From Candidatus Limnocylindrales bacterium (GTDB lineage: Bacteria > Chloroflexota > Limnocylindria > Limnocylindrales > CSP1-4), in NCBI GenBank assembly GCA_046714395.1, contig JBKKBB010000072.1, forward strand, positions 1 through 57,852: DNA of 57,852 nt, given 5' to 3'. Shown one piece after another: positions 26,458-35,153 of this stretch. Made by a program: the position numbers and the translations under genes. The notes beneath the pieces were generated by a model, which worked only from the letters and a program-made list of their open reading frames with translations, had not been told where the DNA came from and did not search any database. Positions within the stretch are counted from its first letter, which is position 1. The number at the start of each line of letters is the position of its first letter.

Positions 26458-26952
26458 TCATCGGCGACCGAGGGCGCGCTCGATGGCGGCCACGGCCGCG
26501 ATGGGGACCATCTCGCTGACGTTGCCCCCGAACGACGCGATCTCCTTGACCAGGCTGGAGCTGACGTAGCCGTGCTCGAGCGCCGTCATGAAGAACATCG
26601 TGTCGATGTCCGGTGCGAGTTTCCGGTTGTTGTGCGCGAGCTGCATCTCGACTTCGAAGTCGGACACCGCTCGCAGCCCGCGGACGATCGCGCTCCCCTG
26701 GTGGGCGAGGACCGCGTCGACTGTCAGGCCGTCGAAGGCGGCGACCTGGACCCGCTCCGCCGGCAGCCCGGCCTCGGTGATGGCTGCCCGGAGGATGGCG
26801 ATCCGCTCTTCGGCCGAGAACATCGGCGCTTTCCGGGGATTGCCGAGCACGGCCACGACAACCCGATCGAACACGCCGAGCGCCCGCGCCAGGACGTCGA
26901 GATGTCCGTTGGTCACCGGGTCGAACGACCCGGGGTAGACCGCGATTCTCAC
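26458..26952 (-). CDS. coaD: Phosphopantetheine adenylyltransferase
   Basis: ORF 26458..26952. MRIAVYPGSFDPVTNGHLDVL..., ISSSLVKEI-type C-terminus (VSSSLVKEIA). Confidence 0.95.
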   Translation of the reverse strand: MRIAVYPGSFDPVTNGHLDVLARALGVFDRVVVAVLGNPRKAPMFSAEERIAILRAAITEAGLPAERVQVAAFDGLTVDAVLAHQGSAIVRGLRAVSDFEVEMQLAHNNRKLAPDIDTMFFMTALEHGYVSSSLVKEIASFGGNVSEMVPIAAVAAIERALGRR

Positions 26953-27560
26953 GCCTTCGCCTCCCTCGGCTCGGTCATTCGATAGAACGTCAGCGCCGTA
27001 TCGCCGAAGCGCCGTGCGCGATCCGATGCTAGCAGCCCGATCCGGTTCGGCGGCCCGTCTCGCCAGAAGTGCTTGGCCAGCACGACCGCGTCCCGGGTCA
27101 GGAGCGCCGGCGAACCGCCGAGACGCTCGAGAGCAGCCAGGAGCAAGTCCGCGCGGTCATACGGAGGATCGAGGATGACCACGTCATACGGCGCAGCCGC
27201 GGCGGCTGAGGCGCTGGCCAGCCAGGCGATCGCCTCCGCTTGCACGACGTTCGAGGCGACGGAGAGCAGATGCGTCCCGGCCAGGTTCTCGCGTATGGTC
27301 AGCACCGCCGAGCGGTCCTGCTCGACGAAGATGGCCGCTCGGGCGCCCCGTGAGAGCGCCTCGATTCCCCCCGCGCCGCTGCCGGCAAACAGGTCAAGGA
27401 CGCGCGCGCCGCGGATGCTCGGCTCGAGCACCGCAAAGCCCGCCTGCTTGACCCGATCGCCGAACGGGCGTGTCACCGACCCGGGAGCTGCCAGCCGGAT
27501 CCCCCGGGCGGTACCGGCGATCACGCGGCCGGCACCCTCGCCCGGTACACGCTTGCTCAT
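26949..27560 (-). CDS. rsmD: 16S rRNA (guanine966-N2)-methyltransferase RsmD
   Basis: ORF 26949..27560. VLDLFAGSGAGGIEALSRGA SAM motif, ILDPPY. Conserved rsmD-coaD pairing. Confidence 0.88.
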   Translation of the reverse strand: MSKRVPGEGAGRVIAGTARGIRLAAPGSVTRPFGDRVKQAGFAVLEPSIRGARVLDLFAGSGAGGIEALSRGARAAIFVEQDRSAVLTIRENLAGTHLLSVASNVVQAEAIAWLASASAAAAAPYDVVILDPPYDRADLLLAALERLGGSPALLTRDAVVLAKHFWRDGPPNRIGLLASDRARRFGDTALTFYRMTEPREAKA

Positions 27561-29836
27561 GCGCCGGCCTGTGGTTCAGCCTTGGCGATCGGCGCCAGCC
27601 AACCGGAGCGAAGCTCGGTATTCAGCGCGCCGTTGCCGGCCAGCAACCGCCCGGCTGGATCGAGCAGGGTCTCGGCCACCTCCCGGGCGCGAACGGCCAG
27701 CTCACGATGACCCTCACGCTGGAGCGACGCGACGCGCAGCGCGGGCAGGCCGCTCTGCGCAAACCCGAGAACATCGCCCTCGCGACGCAACTCCCAGTCC
27801 GTTTCGGCGAGGGCAAAACCATCGCGCTCGTCCCGGATGGCCTGCATCCGAGCGACAGCCGTCTCGTCGTCCGAGTCCGAGACAAGGACGCAGAACGATG
27901 GCTCGGTCCCACGGCCAACGCGGCCGCGCAGCTGGTGCAGCTGGGCGAGACCGAACCGGTCGGCGCCCTCGATGATCATCATGGTCGCTTCGGGTACGTC
28001 CACCCCGACCTCGACGACCGTCGTGCCGACGAGCACGTCGAGTTCGCCGTCCCGAAAGCGGGCCATTTCGGCATCGCGATCGGCTGCCTTGAGCCGGCCG
28101 TGCACGAGGCCGACCCGGAGCGGAACGAGCAGCTCGCGCAGCCGGACGGCCTCGGCCTCCGCGGCCACGGCGGTGATCGCGAGCTGGACCTCGTCGGGTG
28201 GCCCGAACAGATCCGAAAACGTACCGTCAGCGGCTCCCGGGTCCTCCTCGGCCGGGACGATCAGTGGCACGACGACGAACGTTCGGTTGCCCCGTCTCGC
28301 CTCGGCGCGGACCCGGTCCCAGGTTCCATCCAGATCGGCGAATCGTCGGATTCCCGTGCGGATGGCAACGCGGCCCTCGGGGGGCGTCCGCAGGTCCGTG
28401 ACATCGAGGTCGGCGTAGAGCACCTGCCCAAGCGTCCGCGGGATGGGCGTGGCCGTCATTAACAGGACATGGGGCACGCTCCCGCCCTTGGCCTCCAGGG
28501 CGGCCCGTTGCTCGACCCCGAAGCGATGCTGTTCGTCGACAACGGCGAGGGCGAGGTCCATGAAGCGCACCGAGTCCGAAATCAGGGCGTGGGTCCCGAC
28601 CACGACCCCGGCCTGTCCCGAAGCCAGCAAGTCCCGGGTGCGATTCGCATCGGCCGCCCGCATCGAGCCGGTCAGCAGCTCGACCCCGATCCCGAGCGGC
28701 GCCAGCAGATCGGCCAGCGTTCGTTGATGCTGCCGGGCCAGCAGATCCGTCGGGGCCAGGAGGGCCCCCTGGCGGTGGGTCAGCGCCGCGGCCGCAAGTC
28801 CCCAGGCCGCGACGGCCGTCTTGCCCGAGCCAACGTCACCCTGCAGCAGCCGGAGCATCGGGTTTGGGCGGGCGAGGTCTGCCCGGATCGCCTCGACGGC
28901 GCGGTCCTGATCAGCGGTCAGCGTGACCGACCGCTCCAGCTTCGCCGAGAGTGACGCTTCGATCGACCGGCGAATCGCCCGGTCCTGGGTCTCGTCCAGC
29001 GGGATCGGTCGTCCATGCTCCCCCACTCGCTCGCGACGACGCCCGACCATGCCCAGCTGGAGGGCCAGGAGTTCGTCAAAGGCGAGGCGCCTGAGCGCCG
29101 CGTCGCGCCGTTCGAAGGACGTTGGGTAGTGCGCCTCCTCGAGCGCTTCGCCGATCCCCACCACCCCGACGCCGGCGCGGATCGAGGGCGCGAGGTATTC
29201 GGGATACGAGGATGCCGTGGCGTCCAGCGCGGCCCGTACCGCGCGCCGCAGCGACGCCGCGGTCAACCCGGCGGTGAGGCGATAGATCGGGACGATCCGC
29301 CCCGCGTGCAGGAGCGCGCTCCCGTCGTCGGGCTGGAACTCGGGATTGTCCAGCGACATCCGGTAGCCGAAGCGCCGGAGCTTTCCGCTCACCACGATCT
29401 GGTCGTCGACCTTCAGCCGCCGCTCGATATAGCGGCGGCCGAACCACGTCGCGTCGAGGCTCCCGGTCTCGTCCTCGAACCGGGCGATCGTCCGCTGCAC
29501 CCGGCGCCGGAAGGACGGCTCGACTCGCAGATCGGCCACCCGGACGCGAGCCGATACCAGCTCGCCGTCCGCGACGGACATGAAATCCCCGATCCGGCGC
29601 ATCTCGCGGAGGTCCTCATACCGCCTCGGCACCCGAAAGAGCAGGTCCCGGACGAGCCCGAAGCCCAGCCGCCGGCCGGCTCTGGCAACTACCGTCGCGC
29701 CCGGCAGCCCGGAGCGCCCGAGCGGCGTGTCCAGCAGCTCCGCCGGGGTAAGCGGCGCTGGCGGGACTTTCGGGCTCCGAGGCATGGCCGGCCGTGCTCC
29801 CCGGGCACGTGGATCTCGGCCGCGGGGTCCGGCCAC
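27557..29836 (-). CDS. recG: ATP-dependent DNA helicase RecG
   Basis: ORF 27557..29836. Wedge/OB N-terminal region, GDVGSGKT, DEQHRFG, QLRGRVGRG. Start uncertain (GTG 29836 or ATG 29785). Confidence 0.93.
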   Translation of the reverse strand: MAGPRGRDPRARGARPAMPRSPKVPPAPLTPAELLDTPLGRSGLPGATVVARAGRRLGFGLVRDLLFRVPRRYEDLREMRRIGDFMSVADGELVSARVRVADLRVEPSFRRRVQRTIARFEDETGSLDATWFGRRYIERRLKVDDQIVVSGKLRRFGYRMSLDNPEFQPDDGSALLHAGRIVPIYRLTAGLTAASLRRAVRAALDATASSYPEYLAPSIRAGVGVVGIGEALEEAHYPTSFERRDAALRRLAFDELLALQLGMVGRRRERVGEHGRPIPLDETQDRAIRRSIEASLSAKLERSVTLTADQDRAVEAIRADLARPNPMLRLLQGDVGSGKTAVAAWGLAAAALTHRQGALLAPTDLLARQHQRTLADLLAPLGIGVELLTGSMRAADANRTRDLLASGQAGVVVGTHALISDSVRFMDLALAVVDEQHRFGVEQRAALEAKGGSVPHVLLMTATPIPRTLGQVLYADLDVTDLRTPPEGRVAIRTGIRRFADLDGTWDRVRAEARRGNRTFVVVPLIVPAEEDPGAADGTFSDLFGPPDEVQLAITAVAAEAEAVRLRELLVPLRVGLVHGRLKAADRDAEMARFRDGELDVLVGTTVVEVGVDVPEATMMIIEGADRFGLAQLHQLRGRVGRGTEPSFCVLVSDSDDETAVARMQAIRDERDGFALAETDWELRREGDVLGFAQSGLPALRVASLQREGHRELAVRAREVAETLLDPAGRLLAGNGALNTELRSGWLAPIAKAEPQAGA

Positions 29837-29838
29837 GC

Positions 29839-31560
29839 CTATTCGGCGGAGATCAGGTAGCGGTAGTAAGGCTGCCCGCCGTGCACGACCTCAACTTCCG
29901 CGCCCGGGACCGCTTCGCCAATCCTTCTTGCCACGAGCTCGCTGGACGCCAGGTCGGCGCCTTCACCGTAATACACCGTGACCAGTTCGTAGCCCGCCTG
30001 GAGTGACCCGATGGCTGCCAGGACGGCAGTCGTGGGATCGTCGTCGACGGCCACGAGCCCATCGTCGGGATCCAGCGCGATGGTCTGACCCTCACGGACC
30101 TTGACCCCTCCGATGGTCGCGTCGCGAACGGCCGTCGTGACCGAGAGCGTCTGGATGGATCGCCCCGCCGTCGTCATGCCGGCTGCGTTCGCCGCGGCAT
30201 CCTTGGTCGGATCCAGGGCTAGCAGGGCGGCGAACCCTTCTGCCGCGTTGCGCGTCGCGACGACCGCAACCGGACGATCGGCCATGCCCGCAACCTGGCG
30301 AGCCGCCAAGACGACATTCGGGTTGTTGGGCAGAACGAGGATCTCGGTCGCGTCCACCGATCGGATCGCCTCGAGGAGCTCGCCGGTGCTCGGATTGGCG
30401 GACTGCCCGCCGACCACCACCCGACTCACCCCGAAGTCTCGGAAGATGGCCGCCAGCCCCTCGCCGGCAGCTACTGCGATGACGGCCAGTGGCAGCGTGA
30501 CCGCGGTGCTGCCGGGCCCGACGGTCGCGGCCCCGGAATCGCCTGCCGACGGACTTGTCGCTCCGTCGCTGGAGGCTCCATCGACCGATGCGGCACCGCC
30601 GGTAAAGTCGGCGGCCTTCGTCTCGCGCACGTCGCGGGCCTGGTTGTCCAGGTTCTCGACCGAGATCCGGGACAGCGACCCGACCCCAAGTCCGTAGCCG
30701 ATCACGAGATCAGGGTGTTCGTTGTGGACGTGCACCTTGACCGCCCTGGGGTCCCCGGCAACGAGCACCGATTCCCCGATCGACTGCAGGTGATCGCGGA
30801 CGGCATCAACGTCAAGACGCTCCCCCGGGCGGGCCTGGAGGAGATACATCGTCTCGTACCCGAACCCTTCATCGGCCTGCGCCACCAGGACGGAGGGCTT
30901 CATCGGGCCAGCGCCGGCCGTCGCGTCGGCCGCGGGAGCCTGGCCGATCAGGAACAGCAGGGCGCCCTGGATCAGGCGATACAGGCCCTGCCCGCCTGAG
31001 TCGACGACGCCTGCCTCACGAAGGATTGGCAGCAGGGACGGGGTGCGGGCGACCGACTTCTCAGCCGCGTCCAGCGTCACGGTCAGCACGGTTTCGATGT
31101 CGTTGGCGCCCTCGGCAGCCGTTACCGCCGCGGCTGCCGCCTCGCGGATGACGGTCAGGATCGTGCCCTCGACGGGCTTTGCCACCGCGCTGTAGGCCGC
31201 TTTCGCGCCGGAGTCGAGCGCGTTGGCCAGGTCCAGGCCATTGAACCGGCTCTTCCCGGCGAGTCCCTCGGACATACCTCGGAGGATCTGACTGGTGATC
31301 ACGCCGGAATTCCCGCGCGCCCCCATCAGCGCCCCGAACGAGGCGGTGGCGGCAATTCGTTCCGCAGGCGCCTTGGGCCCGGCACCCTCGGCCTCGAGCA
31401 GGGCCGCCTTGACGGTGGCCAGCATGTTGCTGCCGGTGTCGCCGTCCGGGACCGGGAAGACGTTCAGGCTGTTGATCTCCTCGACGTAGGACTCGAGGTT
31501 CGCCACCGCCGCCCGGAAGGCGCCCAGCAGACCCGCCCCATCGCACGCCCGCCGGACCAT
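29839..31560 (-). CDS. DAK2 domain fusion protein (YloV-like)
   Basis: ORF 29839..31560, 573 aa. N-terminal Dak2 domain (NVFPVPDGDTGSNM), C-terminal DegV/Dak1-like half. Conserved Asp23-YloV-recG context. Confidence 0.9.
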   Translation of the reverse strand: MVRRACDGAGLLGAFRAAVANLESYVEEINSLNVFPVPDGDTGSNMLATVKAALLEAEGAGPKAPAERIAATASFGALMGARGNSGVITSQILRGMSEGLAGKSRFNGLDLANALDSGAKAAYSAVAKPVEGTILTVIREAAAAAVTAAEGANDIETVLTVTLDAAEKSVARTPSLLPILREAGVVDSGGQGLYRLIQGALLFLIGQAPAADATAGAGPMKPSVLVAQADEGFGYETMYLLQARPGERLDVDAVRDHLQSIGESVLVAGDPRAVKVHVHNEHPDLVIGYGLGVGSLSRISVENLDNQARDVRETKAADFTGGAASVDGASSDGATSPSAGDSGAATVGPGSTAVTLPLAVIAVAAGEGLAAIFRDFGVSRVVVGGQSANPSTGELLEAIRSVDATEILVLPNNPNVVLAARQVAGMADRPVAVVATRNAAEGFAALLALDPTKDAAANAAGMTTAGRSIQTLSVTTAVRDATIGGVKVREGQTIALDPDDGLVAVDDDPTTAVLAAIGSLQAGYELVTVYYGEGADLASSELVARRIGEAVPGAEVEVVHGGQPYYRYLISAE

Positions 31561-31979
31561 CAGGCGACGTCCGTGCCGCTGTCGGCCAGGTCCGAGCTGC
31601 CCACGGCCGGATGGCGCGGTGGCTGCGGCGGTTGGGTTCCGGGAGAGGCCTCCAGGCCGCCGATCCGGATCCTGAGTTCATCCACCTCACGAGCGAGGGC
31701 CCGCCGGATCCCGTAGCGGACGGCGGAGTCGACCTGCCTGGCAACCTCCGCAACCGGGAGTCCCGCGATGACCCGCAGGCGCAGGCCGATCTCCAGGCGC
31801 TCCCCGGTGACGGCGATCCGGATGCCCGGCGTGCGCCCGACGAGCGCGGCTTGCAGCCGCTCCAGCATGCCGGCCTCGAACCCGGCCACGCCGTACGATC
31901 CGACCACGGCAGCGCGGGTGATGTCGGCGGCGGCTCTGCGGGTCGCCAGGGCTCGACCGGGGATCTCGTCGGTGGGCAA
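31560..31979 (-). CDS. Asp23/Gls24-family protein (YloU-like)
   Basis: C-terminal 139 codons of ORF 31560..32153: AADITRAAVVGSYGVAGF..., RIAVTGERLEIGLRLRVIAGLPVAEVARQVDSAVRYGIRRALAREV. Start set to TTG 31979, 9 nt after GAGGA (31993..31989). The longer ORF would overlap rpmB and its promoter. Confidence 0.72.
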   Translation of the reverse strand: MPTDEIPGRALATRRAAADITRAAVVGSYGVAGFEAGMLERLQAALVGRTPGIRIAVTGERLEIGLRLRVIAGLPVAEVARQVDSAVRYGIRRALAREVDELRIRIGGLEASPGTQPPQPPRHPAVGSSDLADSGTDVA

Positions 31980-32035
31980 CGGGCGAAGTCCTCGACAGCC
32001 CGGGCGGGCCGACCGTCGGGGCCGCCCTGGGTGCG

Positions 32036-32045
32036 TGCTATCATA
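32036..32045. promoter_or_regulatory. Overlapping divergent -10 boxes (rpmB on +, Asp23/YloV operon on -)
   Basis: + strand TGcTATCAT at 32036..32044. The minus strand reads TATGAT from 32045..32040. Both use the same AT-rich hexamer. Confidence 0.4.
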
Positions 32046-32103
32046 CCGCCCCGTCTGGGCATAACCGGCCTGGCGCACCCACGAATCCAACTCCGAGGAC
32101 ATC

Positions 32104-32301
32104 ATGGCCCGCTCCTGCGCAATCTGCGGCAAGACATCGATGGGCGGATTCAATCCCCAGTCGTCGGGGATGAACCGGGTCCGCGCCCATCGTCGCTACC
32201 AGCCGAACCTGCAGCCGCTCGTCATCGACCAGGGCGGGACGCCCACCAAGACGCTCGCGTGCACTCGCTGCCGACGAACGCTCACCAAGCAGGCCCGCTA
32301 G
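32104..32301 (+). CDS. rpmB: 50S ribosomal protein L28
   Basis: ORF 32104..32301. MARSCAICGKTSMGGFNPQSSGMNRVRAHRRYQPNLQ. Confidence 0.93.
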   Translation: MARSCAICGKTSMGGFNPQSSGMNRVRAHRRYQPNLQPLVIDQGGTPTKTLACTRCRRTLTKQAR

Positions 32302-32340
32302 GGCCCACCGTCCCGGCGCACGGCGCCGCGCCAGCACGAT

Positions 32341-32364
32341 GACCGGCCCGCATGTTGGCCGGTC
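32341..32364. terminator. Hairpin in the convergent rpmB/dtd gap (possible bidirectional terminator)
   Basis: GACCGGCC-cgcatgtt-GGCCGGTC, 8-bp perfect stem, followed on + by GTTCTGTAT. Confidence 0.5.
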
Positions 32365-32392
32365 GTTCTGTATCCAGCGCCGTTCCGCCCGG

Positions 32393-32851
32393 TCAGGTCG
32401 CTGAACGCGCCCCCGTGTCCAGCCACAGGGTGAACGGTCCGTCGTTGACGAGTTCCACGGCCATCTCCGCCCCGAAGGTGCCGGTCCCGACCGAGGCCAC
32501 GCCCGCCGCGCGCAGCCGCGCCGCAACGCGTTCGTAGAGCCGGGCGGCTACCTCCGGCACGGCAGCGTCGAGAAATCCGGGGCGGCGTCCACGGGACGTG
32601 TCCGCGTACAGCGTGAACTGACTGACCACGATCGCCTCGCCACCCACGTCCAGGATCGATCGATTCGTTCGGCCAGCGTCGTCCCGAAAGATTCGAAGCT
32701 CGACGATTCGCTGCGCCAGCGCGTCGGCCGTCGCCTCATCGTCGTCACGACCGACGCCCAGGAGCACCAGCAGACCGGGGCCGATCTCGGCGACCGTCTC
32801 CGTCTCGACCCGGACGGAGGCGCGCGAGACGCGCTGGAGGAGGGCTCGCAT
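32393..32851 (-). CDS. dtd: D-aminoacyl-tRNA deacylase
   Basis: Within ORF 32393..32884. [13 protein letters not shown]..., [20 protein letters not shown] 32851 overlaps the PAP2 gene stop (ATGA). Confidence 0.92.
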   Translation of the reverse strand: MRALLQRVSRASVRVETETVAEIGPGLLVLLGVGRDDDEATADALAQRIVELRIFRDDAGRTNRSILDVGGEAIVVSQFTLYADTSRGRRPGFLDAAVPEVAARLYERVAARLRAAGVASVGTGTFGAEMAVELVNDGPFTLWLDTGARSAT

Positions 32852-34101
32852 CAGCGCGAGATGGTGCCGAGGGCCGCCCGCCACAGGCCGCCGATGATCA
32901 CTCCCCAGGGAAGCAGGAGGAGGGGCGAGTCTGCGCCCCCCAGCCAGCCGCCCTTGACAACCGCGACAACCCCGATCGCACCGAAAGCCGCGACGATCAG
33001 TCCCTGCCGGACGATGTTCCAGCGCACCCGGCCGGCGGCCCGACCGAAGGCGCCCCGGTCCCCGGCCTCCCCACGCTCGACGGCGGCCTCGACCGCCGGG
33101 TTGGCGGCCTGGTCCACGCCGCGGCGGAACCAGCCGGGGGCATGGACGATCGCGAAATAGGCTGCCAGCGCATACGCGATTCCGCCGAACAGATCCACCA
33201 CGTAGTGGTCCGCGAGGTACACGATCGAGAACCAGACGCAGGCGGCATACACGAGCAACAGCCAGCCTGGTCTCCCGAAGGCCCGTCTGGCGAAGAGGAA
33301 GGCCAGGAAGGGGTACCCCGCATGCAGCGACGGGAACGCGGCAACCTGGTTCGGATTGACCTCGTAGACGGTATAGCTATACACGTAACGGCCCTCGAAC
33401 CCGAACAGTCTTGCGAGGTCGTCGAAGCCCTGAGCCTTGAGATAGGTGATCGCCGGGAGGCCGTCCGGACCCGGGATGAGTCCGCGATCGGCCGCCCACC
33501 AGGGCGGGGCCACCGGCAGGATGAGATAGGTCGCAAACGCGGCCATGGACAGCAGGATGAGCGCTGCGATGTAGTCGTAGTAGGCCCTCCGGCGACGAAC
33601 CCAGAGCAGGAAGGCGACCGCGATCGGCAATGGAAAGTGGAGGAAGTAGAAGATCGTCCCCGCGATGGCCCAAGGGTCCATGCCGCTCAGCGGGTGGAGC
33701 GCTTCCTGCAGCACCTGGGTCGGCAGGAAGCCGCCGAAGACGGCCCGCTCCAGGGCGAGGACATCTGCCGCGTGGACGACCCGGTTCAGGTCATCCGCGT
33801 ACCCGCGCATGAGCTCGTAGGCAAGGAAGAGACCGATGAACGGTACCCAGTCGCGGATGAACAGCCGGCCTCGTCCAAGGAGGACGGCCGCCAGGCCCAG
33901 GGCGATGAGCATGACATCCGGGGTGATCGATACACCGCTCACGATCATCAGCCCCGACAGGAACACGACGTAGCCGACGATCGTGATCAGCAGGAGCCGA
34001 TCGTTGCGTCGGTGCAGATCCGCGTTCTCCGCGGCAGCCGCCGTCAGCGGCATCGGCACGGCGGGCAGGGCTTCGCCGATCGGCGCCACCTCTTCGGTCA
34101 C
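32851..34101 (-). CDS. PAP2-superfamily integral membrane protein (PAP2_3 / inositol-phosphoceramide-synthase-like)
   Basis: ORF 32851..34101, 416 aa, multi-[17 protein letters not shown] and [10 protein letters not shown] fit the C2/C3 PAP2 motifs. Extra C-terminal TM region. Confidence 0.72.
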   Translation of the reverse strand: MTEEVAPIGEALPAVPMPLTAAAAENADLHRRNDRLLLITIVGYVVFLSGLMIVSGVSITPDVMLIALGLAAVLLGRGRLFIRDWVPFIGLFLAYELMRGYADDLNRVVHAADVLALERAVFGGFLPTQVLQEALHPLSGMDPWAIAGTIFYFLHFPLPIAVAFLLWVRRRRAYYDYIAALILLSMAAFATYLILPVAPPWWAADRGLIPGPDGLPAITYLKAQGFDDLARLFGFEGRYVYSYTVYEVNPNQVAAFPSLHAGYPFLAFLFARRAFGRPGWLLLVYAACVWFSIVYLADHYVVDLFGGIAYALAAYFAIVHAPGWFRRGVDQAANPAVEAAVERGEAGDRGAFGRAAGRVRWNIVRQGLIVAAFGAIGVVAVVKGGWLGGADSPLLLLPWGVIIGGLWRAALGTISR

Positions 34102-35153
34102 GGCAGGTCCTTCGGGTGCGGCGGCCTCGGCGCCGCTACGTACGGCGGCTCGGGCATTCCCGCTGCGCGCCAGGCCGCGGCCTCGCTGGCGAGGGAGCGG
34201 AGGCGGGCGCCGAACCGGTCCGCAGCGGCAGCCTCGGACGATGCCGGCAGGAGGACTTCCCAGTCGCGCTGTTCATCGAGAACTTCGAGATCGATCGGTC
34301 CGGCCCGAAAGATGAAGACGGGAATGCCGGCACGCTCGATCTCGCCTTGAATCGTCCGGGCGAGATGGCGCGGCAGCGTGCTGATCGTGACCATGCGGTC
34401 CCGTGGAATCGGCGGAACGCCGGCGTTGAGCGTGTACTGGTAGCCCTCGTCGGCCAGTGCTCGCACGAGCCGAATCTCGCGGCCCATGTCGCGGCCCTTG
34501 ATCCAGAGTGCCGAGCCGACGACCAGGACGTCGGCTCCGAGTCCGCCCACCAGCTCAGCCGTGTCGCGACTCACGCCCCCGTCGACGTGGACCTCGGCGC
34601 CATGCAATTTGTGGGACAAGTAATCGCGCGCGGCGAGGATCTTCGCCCGCGCGACGTCGGCCATGAACGCCTGGCCCCCGAACCCGGGCTCCACGGTCAT
34701 GACCATGACGATATCGAGCAGTCCACGGTACGGCTCGAGGTCCGTGAGCGGGGTCCCGGGTCGCAGTGCCAGGCCGGCGGCCCGACCCGCTGCACGAATC
34801 TCGCGCAGGGTCGGTTCGATCGGCTCGTCGACCTCGACATGGAGGGTCACCGAATCACTGCCGGCGTCGAGGTACTGATCGACATAGCGCCCCGGCTCCG
34901 AGATCATCAGGTGGGCATCGATCGGCAGGCGTGTCCGTCGGCGGAGCGCCTTTACCGTGCGCGGGCCAAAGGTCAGGTTCGGCACGAAGTGGCCATCCAT
35001 CACGTCGAGATGGATCCGGTCTGCGCCCTCCTTCTCGGCCCGCCGCACGGCATACGCCAGATTCCCGAGGTCGGCATCGAGAATGCTGGCCGCAACCCGG
35101 GCGCGCCCGAGCGTGACGGCAGGCTGGGCGGTTGCCCGTGAACGACGGGCCAT
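34098..35153 (-). CDS. rpe: Ribulose-phosphate 3-epimerase fused to a ~115-aa C-terminal domain of unknown function
   Basis: ORF 34098..35153, 351 aa. HLDVMDGHFVPNLTFG, MTVEPGFGGQAF, VDGGV. The Rpe barrel ends near aa 236; aa 237-351 are extra. Confidence 0.9.
   Translation of the reverse strand: MARRSRATAQPAVTLGRARVAASILDADLGNLAYAVRRAEKEGADRIHLDVMDGHFVPNLTFGPRTVKALRRRTRLPIDAHLMISEPGRYVDQYLDAGSDSVTLHVEVDEPIEPTLREIRAAGRAAGLALRPGTPLTDLEPYRGLLDIVMVMTVEPGFGGQAFMADVARAKILAARDYLSHKLHGAEVHVDGGVSRDTAELVGGLGADVLVVGSALWIKGRDMGREIRLVRALADEGYQYTLNAGVPPIPRDRMVTISTLPRHLARTIQGEIERAGIPVFIFRAGPIDLEVLDEQRDWEVLLPASSEAAAADRFGARLRSLASEAAAWRAAGMPEPPYVAAPRPPHPKDLP

Noticed and set aside
31061-32062. 333-aa minus-strand ORF in an alternative frame over the DAK2/Asp23 genes. 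Other same-strand alternate-frame ORFs include 50777..52207, 48041..48658 and 37681..38424.
   Set aside because: Out-of-frame overlaps with well-supported genes, with extreme Arg/Pro/Gly composition. These are high-GC artefacts.
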